Origin: Azolla caroliniana
Taxonomy: Eukaryota; Plantae; Polypodiophyta
Direction of reading: 5' to 3'
Assembly (NCBI GenBank): GCA_043228905.1
Contig: JBHGNT010000001.1
Coordinates: forward strand, 14,198,001 to 14,262,000
Length of the DNA stretch: 64,000 nt
In this document: positions 13,185 through 23,282 of the stretch, one piece after another
How the letters are laid out: each line of letters begins with the position of its first letter
Numbering within the stretch: position 1 is the first letter of the stretch
Made by a program: the position numbers and the translations under genes
Notes under the pieces: model-generated
Database searches by the model: none
Told to the model about the DNA's origin: nothing
Seen by the model: only the letters and a program-made list of their open reading frames with translations

Positions 13185-14486
13185 TCATTTGGGTTGAAAG
13201 CAAAGGGCTAGCTCACAATTGATACCCGCTGGCATGTCCACCCATGTCCATACCTCGTGCATCATGTCCAGTCGGATGCCTCGCGACGCGCCCGATGCCA
13301 TCACCAACATGAAATCTCCGTAGCCCGTGTAGCAGATGGGCATGATGTCACCGCCCTTCATACGGCACTCGGCCGCCTCTTCCAAAAGCATGTCACACAT
13401 GGTGGCCGGCAAAGGGCAGTGGGTCAATTTGCGCCACGGACCAGGACCATGGACATCGAGAACACTTGTGATAAGCTCCCACACTGTGCCCACATCCCCA
13501 GGCTCCGCCATTGTCGGGTCGTGGTGGTCGGGATTGTTACGATTGGTGGTACCGACGAGTAGCACACTGTTCTTCCATCCTTGCATCAATTTTGGTGGTG
13601 TCTCGAGGAATCGATCGTTGATCTTGGCTTGGAAGACGAGGTCTCGGGGTAGGGCGTAGGGCAGATGCTTCCATACCTTCCTCTGCACGTCGAATGTCGT
13701 AATGGATCGGGCCTCGGGTTGGATGGAGTAGAGAATGTCGCCGATGCAATCGGCACGGCTGGAGAAGGAGAGAAGCTGAGGAGGGGCAGGGGCAGGGGCA
13801 GGGACTACCTCTGCAGCCCCTGCTGGACATTGGGTGGAAACAGGGACAGGCATCATCTGCCAGGTCCCACGTTCTGAATCGAATATGTTTAAAGAGACTA
13901 CCCGGGCGTGGAGGTGCAGAAGCACGACCCAGAAACGGTGGTTGCTACTAATTTGTGGAGAATTAGGGCAGGAACTGGTGCGAGAAGGAGTGGTGCTAAT
14001 GATGGCCCACAGTTTGGACAGGGTTGCGGATGGTGTTGGCGGTGGATTAGGGATGGGCACCCATTGGCTTATGCCATTTGTAGCAGAGAGCGGGGATCCG
14101 ACGAAGAATTGTTGGAGGGATGTGGCGAGGTGGGTCCGCACGCATACAAATCCAGAGCGAGGGTGCCCAACCCACTCCCGGACAAATCGAAACGGCAGAT
14201 TAATGTCCGCCCAGCTAACGATGGGTGCCCCCGAATCTGGATCGCAGGGCGGCCATTCACATGCAGTGGAGATTTTTAGGGAGTGGTTGTAAAGGAGGAG
14301 CGAGGCAGGGTGCGGACCCCCACGGTGGCCTTGCACTTGTTTCTGGAGGAGGGAGAAGGAAGGCGAGGAGATGGCAGCACGCCACGCTCGGCAGACGGCA
14401 TGAGCCCGTGCCGCATCCGCCGCCGACAAGTGCGCGAGAATTAGGTCCGTCACATCCTTTGGGAGAGTTGTCCATGAGAGGTCCAT
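13185..14486 (-). CDS. Intronless F-box protein (~433 aa) with a probable beta-propeller/kelch-like C-terminal substrate domain
   Basis: Uninterrupted GC-rich ORF. N-terminal F-box WTTLPKDVTDLILAHLS...AHAVCRAWRAAISSPSF; FFVGSPL...W..IP motif and terminal LCFQPK resemble plant F-box/kelch proteins. First ATG is 14486; the ORF track start at 14492 is GTG. Confidence 0.9.
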   Translation of the reverse strand: MDLSWTTLPKDVTDLILAHLSAADAARAHAVCRAWRAAISSPSFSLLQKQVQGHRGGPHPASLLLYNHSLKISTACEWPPCDPDSGAPIVSWADINLPFRFVREWVGHPRSGFVCVRTHLATSLQQFFVGSPLSATNGISQWVPIPNPPPTPSATLSKLWAIISTTPSRTSSCPNSPQISSNHRFWVVLLHLHARVVSLNIFDSERGTWQMMPVPVSTQCPAGAAEVVPAPAPAPPQLLSFSSRADCIGDILYSIQPEARSITTFDVQRKVWKHLPYALPRDLVFQAKINDRFLETPPKLMQGWKNSVLLVGTTNRNNPDHHDPTMAEPGDVGTVWELITSVLDVHGPGPWRKLTHCPLPATMCDMLLEEAAECRMKGGDIMPICYTGYGDFMLVMASGASRGIRLDMMHEVWTWVDMPAGINCELALCFQPK

Positions 14487-14587
14487 TGACACCTTTGTTA
14501 GTTTGACAAATTTGATGATAGATAGACGATGATTTGTTTTGTTTTGTTTTGTTTTGTTTGGGGGAGCCTGAGAGGGCTTGGATTTAG

Positions 14588-14598
14588 TTGTTATAAAG
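14588..14598 (-). promoter_or_regulatory. Candidate TATA box of the F-box gene
   Basis: Minus strand reads CCTTATAACAA about 105 bp upstream of the ATG, followed by an (AAAAC)n leader. Position-based guess only. Confidence 0.4.
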
Positions 14599-14805
14599 GA
14601 GTGATAGTATTAGAAAGAAATAATATAGAGCCTTATGACAAAACCAGAGGGGATGGAGGAACTATATATATATATATAATATACACTTTTTATGTTAGAA
14701 GAAGGAAATTTAGGACTGGTTGTTGACTAGCCGCATTAGGTGTCCATCGTACAAGTTACGTCATTGGGAATGTGTCGTTAGAATTGTTGACTAGACTCGG
14801 CTTCT

Positions 14806-15012
14806 GGTTGAAAACAGTATTTACCACATGCATTTTCATCTTTAATCATATCTCTTCTTTTTCTTATCCTCGGATCGCTTGAATCATCATAAATGACAAT
14901 CATCATAAATGACATAAGGTTGAAAACAATATTTACCACATGCATTTTCATCTTTAATCATCTCTCTTCTTTTTCTTATCCTCGGATCGCTTGAATCATC
15001 ATAAATGACATA
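14806..15012. repeat. Tandem duplication, ~112-bp period
   Basis: GGTTGAAAACA.TATTTACCACATGCATTTTCATC...GAATCATCATAAATGACA at ~14806 and ~14918. Confidence 0.9.
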
Positions 15013-15458
15013 AGCAGATACCCACCACATTCTTACAACTAACAATATGTCATTTTCACAAAACGTGTTAGAACACAATATCTTGATCTTTATGATCCCC
15101 ACTACCTAGCAAGATTAGTGTTGCAATGATACCCTCATACCTTGGTGCACACAATTGGTGTAGTTCTTTTGGAAAAAAAAAGTTGTACCATATTAACGCC
15201 CATAGGTCCAAAATTAAAGTAGTCTTGTCTTTTGAATATTTTTCACATCATTTATGCTCCCACGTCCTAATGTGATCTAATTCGTTTGAATCAAGGTCGT
15301 TCTCGAAAGCCCCGCACTACTAGGTTGCACAGACGTGCAGAGCCCACTTGGCCCAAAATATTGATGGCGTAATCATGTCAAAGGGATAGAATTGATTGAA
15401 TATACATTACGATCGGTGGTCACAATGATGAGGCGAGGAAGTCTGTGGCGTCTGTGGA

Positions 15459-15779
15459 CACATGAAAATGAGAAAGCACATAAAGTTATAAACTTGCAAA
15501 CAACATTGTTGATGGAAAGAAAACATGATAAAAAGTAAAGGGACTTCTCTCTTTTTCATTTTTGTCCACATGAAAATGAGAAAGCACATAAAGTTATAAA
15601 CTTGCAAACAACATTGTTGATGGAAAGAAAACATGATAAAAAGTAAAGGGACGTCTCTCTTTTTCATTTTTGTCCACATGAAAATGAGAAAGCACATAAA
15701 GTTATAAACTTGCAAACAACATTGTTGATGGAAAGAAAACATGATAAAAAGTAAAGGGACGTCTCTCTTTTTCATTTTT
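15459..15779. repeat. 3 x 108-bp near-perfect tandem repeat
   Basis: CACATGAAAATGAGAAAGCACATAAAG... at 15459, 15567 and 15675. Confidence 0.95.
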
Positions 15780-16224
15780 CTTACATCACTGCTATATTGC
15801 CCTTGCCAATACATATAAGCACCTCATCAATCTTATTACTTAAAAAGCCTCCGACAATTTATCCATATCCATCAATTTATAGTTGCAACACCAACGCAAT
15901 ACCTCTCATGGACTACCCCACCCTCTCCAACGGATGTGTCCCATCCGCTCTCTATTTGCCCGACACCGCACAATGTCCAACCATCTCTACTAACCGTGTG
16001 CTTATAATTCTCTAAATCTGCCCAGTGGGGTGATGTCATGTGAAATGACAATGATGGCATGCCCATCCGTCACATTTTCCATGGCCACTTTGTGTGAGGG
16101 ATGCACATTTGGTGTGACATGCACTTCATCCAGTTGCCATGGATATAATGAGGGAGACTTGGACATGGGCGAACTTGCTATTGTGGCTTTAGATGCTAGT
16201 TAGTTTGGGCTTTGCTTTTTGTTA

Positions 16225-17166
16225 TACTATTATTAGACTTTGAGAAAGCATATGATAAAGTAGATTGGGACTTTTTGGAGGCAGATCTCTTAAAATTAGG
16301 GTTTCCAAGTGCATTGATAAAAGGTGTCTTTGCAAATTTATACAAACATGCTTAGACTTGCTCGGTTCTGTTTTCTGGAGGCTATGGTACATTATTTCCA
16401 ATTTCCAGATCTATCAGACAAGGTTTTCTGTTAGCACCTTTTCTTTTCATTCTATTTGGAGAAGCCTTGTCATATTTTCTCAGATCCTCGACGGCGGCCA
16501 TACAAGAAATAGCCTTACCTATTGCATACTCGATAGTTCTTGATGTTGAGCTTGCGGATGACACTGCCCTTTATATTCATGGAGGTGTTACTAATCTTGA
16601 TCGAGTATAGAATGCATTGCAGATATTTTCAGATGCTATTGGAGCCGCTCTCAAGTGGAATAAAGTTGTAGGCCTCTAGGTCAATGATGAATTGCGTCTA
16701 GCGTGGTATCCAGGCTTCACAATCTATTGGCTTAATCATGGGGAGCCCATTCATTACTTAGGCTCCCTTGTTGGTATAGATTTACCGTCTAAAGTGATGT
16801 TATCACCGTTGTTATCAATCAAGTGTAAGCTATTATATTGAGACTCTCAGCACTTATCCTTTGTAGGCCGGATTATGATTGCAAATTCGGTGTTGTTGGC
16901 CTCAACGTGGTTTATCACATCCGTTTGGTTGTTCTCTAGGTCGGCAATCATGAACGTTCAAAGCCTCATATGTAACTTCCTCTGGGGATCGTGTAGTGGC
17001 CAAGGTGGCATGGGATGTTTTGATTAAGCCTAAAGGCCCAGGAGGGTTGGCTTAAATAGATCCCTTGATGCAATCTCGAGCTCTCTTGACAAAGCTTGTA
17101 ATCATAGGACTCTTGCCAGGATAGAGGCTTGCAAGGGTATGTTGCTTAATCAGTTGATGCAATTAT
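16225..17166 (+). mobile_element. Degenerate L1-type LINE RT remnant (host of element A)
   Basis: Reads LLDFEKAYDKVDW, SRSIRQGFLLAPFLF, ELADDTALY, YLGSLVG, LSFVGRIMIANSVLLASTWF, KVAWDVLIKPKGPGG, with stops and frameshifts. The host sequence resumes after 30949. Confidence 0.85.
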
Positions 17167-17513
17167 TGTTAGGAATATGTCCCTCCAGTGGGAGGAGCCG
17201 ACTGTTCGGGCCGAGCACCGATGGTTGAAGAGTCCACTGCGAGGAAATCGATTGTGAGAGTTGATTGGGTGAGTCAATAGAAAGAAGATCCAGGTCGAAG
17301 ACACAACCGACTAGTCGGGCTGACCAGATGGTCGATGACCTGGACGACTAGTCGGTTGTGTCTTCGACCTGGATCTCCTTTCTATTGACTCACCCAATCA
17401 ACTGACCAAATGGTCGATGACCAGGTGGTCGATGACCAGGATGACTAGTCGGACCGATGGGACAGTTGATCCTAGAGTCGGCTAATAGCTACTTATTATT
17501 ATTACAAATAACA

Positions 17514-17790
17514 AGAAAAAGTATCAGGATACCCCTAGAAGTTCATCTATTTACCAGCATGCCCCTAGAAGTTCCAAATTTACCAAACTACCCCTATGTC
17601 CAAAAAAATACACTTTATAAAGTAATTATACACTCAAATCTACAAGCCCTATTTACTAGAATACCCTTAAAACACAAATTTCTTTACTTAAGAGATTCTT
17701 TGGGTCATAGGGGTAGTTTGGTAAATTTGGAGTTTCTAGGGGCATTCTGGTAAATAGACGAACTTCCAAGGGTATCTTGGTACTTTTCCC
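17514..17790. mobile_element. MITE with ~95-bp terminal inverted repeats (Mutator-like architecture)
   Basis: Left AGAAAAAGTATCAGGATACCCCTAGAAGTTCATCTATTTACCAG...CAAACTACCCCTATG is the near reverse complement of right CATAGGGGTAGTTTGG...GGGTATCTTGGTACTTTTCCC. No TSD. Confidence 0.85.
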
Positions 17791-20700
17791 TTAAATGTAC
17801 TTAGGAGTGGAGGATCTAGAATATCCCACTTAAGTACAAGGTCCTATTTACAACGTTATAGTCAACACTCCTAACTAGATTCTATATAGGTAACTACAAA
17901 GTTACATGGTTGACTAAATAACAAAACTAAGTTGAGCTTGATCTCTCAACACGCCCCCTCAAGCTCAAGTGTGAGGCGTCTGACATCCACTTTGGCTTTC
18001 GTCGGCTTCGTGTCCTTCTGTCCGGCCTTCGGCTTTCTTCTTCGTGGCAATCTCGGTTCCTCCCCCTCAAGCTGGCGACGAAGGCTTGTAGTGTGTGCAC
18101 GAATGTCAACTACTTCCACCCATCATGGGTTACGAGCCACTTCGGTGGAGCTCTTGGGCTCTTGTTCAGTTGCTACCCTCATCGTGAAGGCATAGTGATG
18201 GGCCATGTACTCGTTGTAGCCAAGACGAGTGATGGGATTCTTCTCTCTAGAAGAGCGTCGAAGTTTTTCGCCTACCGATGTGAGCGCCTTCTTTACTCCG
18301 GGTGTCCGCATGATGGGTACACCAAACTGACTGTCTAGTGAGGGAGCTGACACATCCGAATCATTGTTATCGGGGTGGTCGACTTCGTATTCAGGCATCT
18401 TACCTTTGCCTTTGTCCAAGGTCGTACTTGGCCGCGACATGCTTGGGTCGCACGGGGGCTCTTGTGGCCCACTAAGCCTTGTTGGAATCGGACTTTCTTT
18501 GAACATGTGTTTGAAGCGATCTCCGTCTTCTACCTCTTGTTCAGCGAATTCCGGGTCGAACGGAGTCGGAGTCGAAGTTGTCTCTGGTGCGTACTAGGAT
18601 GTGGACTCATCGAAGACTACATCTCGACTTAGCCGAACCGCTTGGATAGAAGGGTTGTAGCACTTTTATGCCTTCTTCTCGGATGAGTATTCTACGAGGA
18701 TACATTTCTCCGACTTTGCATCGGGCTTCTGTCAGTTTTCGTTCGGGATGCGTACATTCGCAATGCTTCCGAACAGCTTGAAGTGCGACAGGATCAGCTT
18801 CCTTCCGATGAGGAGCTCATATGGAGTTAGCTCATGCACTCCATTCGGCATGCACCGGTTCATGAGATAGATGGCCATGGATGCCATTTCAGCCCAATAG
18901 AAGTTCGACATATGTTTCTCATCCATCATGGCGCATGCTACCTCGAGTATTTGCTGATTTTTCGTTGGCATGAGAATTTTCTCCGAATGCCTTCACTTTG
19001 GTTGTAGGAGGTGAACTCGTCGGAGTAGTACTCCTTGCCTCCATCCGATCGTAGGCATCGAATGTGTTGACCGGTTTCTTTCTCCACTTGGACCTTGAGC
19101 TTTTGGAAGTGGGAGAAGACTTCGTTCTTCTTCTTCATTGGGAAGATCCACACGTAGTGCGAGTAGTCATCGATGAAGGTGACGTAGAATCGGCGTTTGA
19201 GCCGGTCCCCATACATCCGAATGAATGACGTCGAGGAGTCCTTTGATCATGTATCTCTCCTTCGGAAATGGGAGTCGATGTTGTTAGCAGAGTTGGCATT
19301 CTTCATACACTTGGTCGACTCATATCGACTCGAATCTCGGAAGTCCGATGACGACTCTCTTTGATTGCATTGCTCGAAGCTGTTGGAGGTTTATGTGGCC
19401 GATTCTTTTGTGCCACAACTCGATGCATGTAAGTCACGAAACCACTCTTGGTGTGACGTCATATGATGTGAAGCGCTGGAACCAACGAACCACACGTCTT
19501 CTGAATTGGAGGTGTTTGCGGAGTCGTAGGCCGACATAGAGTTCGCTCTACGCCTCATTACGAATAGTCCGCCGTAGTCATCATATTCGGAGTTGGTGCC
19601 GTAATTTGTGAGTTGTCGACTTGTCGAAGACGACTCGCTTCTTCTTTTTCGGCACTCCTCCTCCCAGTGCCCGATTTTGCCACAGTACTTGCAAGTGATG
19701 GGCCACATTTGCTGACCTTGTTTCGCATGGAAGCTCCCCCTTCTTCCGAAGGTTCCTCGATGGCTTCCGTCTTGTTGTCGATGGTTTGAGTTCCCTTCGT
19801 TCGACCTCTTCAACCACCTCAACCTCATCCTCGGCCACCATCCAAATTCGAGAAGAACATTTGTCCTTCTGATGTCTTGGTTTTGGTTTGGACATGGTTC
19901 TCTTCAACCATTAGCATTGATTCAAGGTCGAAGAACGAAGGAGGATTTTCCCTCACCAAGATTGCCATCCTCAACGAGTCGAATCGTTGTGCGAGGCTAC
20001 CCAAGCATACTTGAACCATCTCATCTTCGTCGACGTTTATTTTGATGGAGCCAAGAGAGTCGCAAATGCTCGTGATCTTAGTGGTGTAGTCCTACATAGA
20101 CATGTCTTTTTGCCGAATGTTGTTTAACTCTTGTCGGAGTTGAAGCTTTTGGGCGGTTGTGTTGGCGGCGAACATTTTCTTTAAGTTCACCCACGCTTCT
20201 TTAGGCGTATTGGCATCTCGAATCTAGCTAAGCATGTGGTAGTGGACACATGTTGCCAAGCAATACATGACTCGACTCACCACTTTCTCCCATGTTGCGT
20301 AGTTGGCGTTCTTTGAGTCGGGTCAATTTTCTTGTGCGTTGTTGATGTAGCTCCAATACCCTTGGCCGACAAGGTATTTGGTCATGTTGTACTCCCAAGA
20401 TGAATAATTGCTCCAATCTAGCTTTTCACTAGGGAGTGAGCTACCCATTTTTGTGTTCATTTTGATGTAGTGTTTTGCTTTTTCAATTTCCTTCGCTTGA
20501 TCACTTACTCACGCTACGTAGCAGCACTACGGTAGCGGATAGCCGGAATTTATCGTCGCCGTTTCGAACACAGAATTATGAAGAGCCGAATGGGCTTAGT
20601 GGATGTGCTAAAACACACACTCTGATATCATGTTAAGAATTAGGTAATTAAGCAAGGGTTAATTAGTACCTAATTATGTGATTAAGTTAAGCGTGGAAGA

Positions 20701-21074
20701 TTGTTTGATATGTGTGTGTATATGTGTGAGAGGAAGAGAGAGAGAGGAAGATATACTTATGAACAACACAAGATGGGGCATGATTAACTCTATATTAAAT
20801 TAGCATTATCATCATCAAAATACAAAAATACCCACAATGAGGTATATATACATCTCATGTGCAAAGCTGCATGTGTGGGAGTAGAATATAGGTACTAAGG
20901 TGTAACTCCTATATTAAATGTACTTAGGAGTGGAAGATCTAGAATATCCCACTTAAGTACAAGGTCCTATTTAAGGCGTTATAGTCAACACTCCTCACTA
21001 GATTCTATCTAGGTAGCTACGAAGTTACATGGTTGACTAAATAACTAAACTAAGTTGAGCTTGATCTCTCAACA
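17791..21074 (-). mobile_element. Ty1/copia element B (gag-PR-INT, no RT/RNaseH), nested in A
   Basis: 5' LTR 20631-21074, mutated PBS (TGATATCAGAG), gag with CKYCGKIGHWEEEC, integrase (FYVTFIDDYS, CLRSDGGKEY), PPT and truncated 3' LTR 17791-17951. LTR is homologous to element C. Confidence 0.92.
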
Positions 21075-22458
21075 AATCTGATATCAACTGGAAGATTGGA
21101 CGACGAAGGCTAGAATGGTAGTTTTCAGAATGGCAAGTGGAAGTTCTACCGAGGAAATCTTATAGTGGTCCAAGCACAGAAGGAAGGCACATTGTATATG
21201 ATGCAAGCCTGACTAAGCAAGTTGGAAGTGAATGTGGCCGCCGACTCAGCATGACAAATATGGCATCAGAAGCTAGGCCACATGAGTGACAAGGGTCTAC
21301 ATATGTTGGTAGACCAGAAGCTTCTACCAGAAGCTTCTACCAGAAGTAAAGGGAGTGCACCTGGAGAAGTGCGTCGATTGCTTAGTCGGAAAGCAGAATA
21401 GAGCAGCATTCCACACACTGCCGCCAAGAAGAAGAGAAGTTGTATTGGATTTGGTACACACGAATGTGTGTTATGTAGATGCTCTGTCGCATCAAGGCGG
21501 ACAATACTTTGTGAACTTCATCGATGGCTATAGTCGGAAGTTGTGGGATTTCGTACTAAAGTCAAAAGATCAAGTACTGTCATTTTCAAGGAGTTCCAGG
21601 CAAGAGTTGAACGGGAATCAGGTCGGAAGTTGAAGGCTATGCGAACTGACAATGGTGGCGAATATAAAGGGCAGTTCGAGGAATACTGCAAGACCTAAGG
21701 TATTTGAATCGAATAGTTAGTACCGAAGACCCCTGAGTTGAACGGGCTTGCAGAGAGGATGAACCGAACAATCATGGAGAGAGTAAGGAGCATGATGTCC
21801 CATGCTAAACTACCGAAAATATGCTGGGTTGAGGCGATTTACACGAATGTTTATCCAATCAACAGGTCCCCCTCAATACCATTGAAAGGTGATGTCCCAG
21901 AAAAGGTGTGGACAGGAAAGGATGTCTCCTACTGGCACCTGAGGGTGTTCGGATGCCTAATGTATAGTATATGCATGTGGCTAAGGATTAGAGGTTCAAG
22001 CTCGACAGTAAGTCGAAAGCATGCATATTCAAGGGATGGAAGATGAGTTCGGCTATAGGCTATGGGACCTAGTCGGCAAGAAAGTAGTGAGGAGTCGGGA
22101 TATAGTCTTCTTGGAAGACAAGACGATAGAGGATGGGAAGCAACGGAAGTCAGAATCGACTACCCAGTCAACCCCTACTACTATCGACTTGAGGCCAAGT
22201 GAATCAACACAGTCGGTTGTTTGAAGACAGCCAGTCGGCACAACCGAATCCAAGTCGGTTGACTCGGAGAGACTGATCAACTGTGAGTCTAAGTCAGCCA
22301 AGTTGTTAAGATCGATCAAAGAATACGAGTTGGAGTCGTCTAACCTTCAAAAGGCGATTGACATATATGAACCCGAGCAAAGAGGAGAGTCGATAGTGTT
22401 ACATGCATGACCATATACTATCCCGTGGTGAGAATTTACCCTAGTATTCTATACACGT

Positions 22459-23282
22459 TGTCGTAGTGTAGGTTGCACACTATGTGGAAATCATATTTTT
22501 GTCCCTCCGGATAGAGAATGGAGTGCTCGGTGAGAACCGGAAGAAAACGGCATACCGGCAAGGAGGAAAACGGCATACCGGCAAGGAAGAAAACGGCATA
22601 CCGGCAAGGAGGAAAACGGCATACCGGCAAGGAAGAGCCGGATAAAGAGATATAAATGTAAAAAAAAAAGGAAATACTCACTACTGCGCAGGGCGTGATT
22701 CAAACTTTGCACCTCCACGTTGACAAACCCCAACCTTACCATTACATTAACTTATCTTAAGTGTTTTAAATATAGATTTAATACGTATAAGACCTTTATT
22801 TATGCATACCTTTATTAAAAGGTAAATCGCGTATTTTTTTAATATATGAAAAAGACGAGACACTAAAAATAACTCATGCACATCTAGCGTGCATGAGCCC
22901 TATACTTAGGAAACAAAAAAGCATCACATGCACATTTAGTGGACATGAACACTTTTTGTAAAAAAAAAGCATGAAGCCATGCTTAGCTCTTCCTTCCTTA
23001 TATAAGGAGGAGAGATATATATAAAGGGTTGTTGATTATTTGGATTAAGAATTAATCAATACAAAAATTATTCGTGGGATTCACGATTTATACATCTACT
23101 TCTCTCTTAACACCCTAAGTACCAATTAATATAGTATACTCGTGTGATTCACGAGTTTCTTATCTTTCTCTTTGCTATTTACTCATAATTAATCTCTATC
23201 TCACGAACTTCTTTCTCCTAGTCCAAGACCTCTGTGGTTCCCACCCGACTCACGCAACGATCCGGAGCCGAAAGGCACGACA
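22459..23282. mobile_element. Probable solo LTR (824 bp) inserted in the 5' LTR of G1, 4-bp TSD
   Basis: Termini TGTCGT...ACGACA, flanked by ACGT/ATGT; the empty site ATACACGTGGATAAG is seen in the G2 LTR (~50752). Contains a 23-bp tandem repeat CCGGCAAGGAGGAAAACGGCATA (~22537-22635). Confidence 0.8.

Noticed and set aside
13257-14506. Multiple alternative-frame and antisense ORFs over the F-box gene
   Set aside because: Expected shadow ORFs in GC-rich coding DNA.
15407-15814. 135-aa repetitive hydrophobic ORF
   Set aside because: It is the translation of the 108-bp tandem repeat; no other sign of coding.
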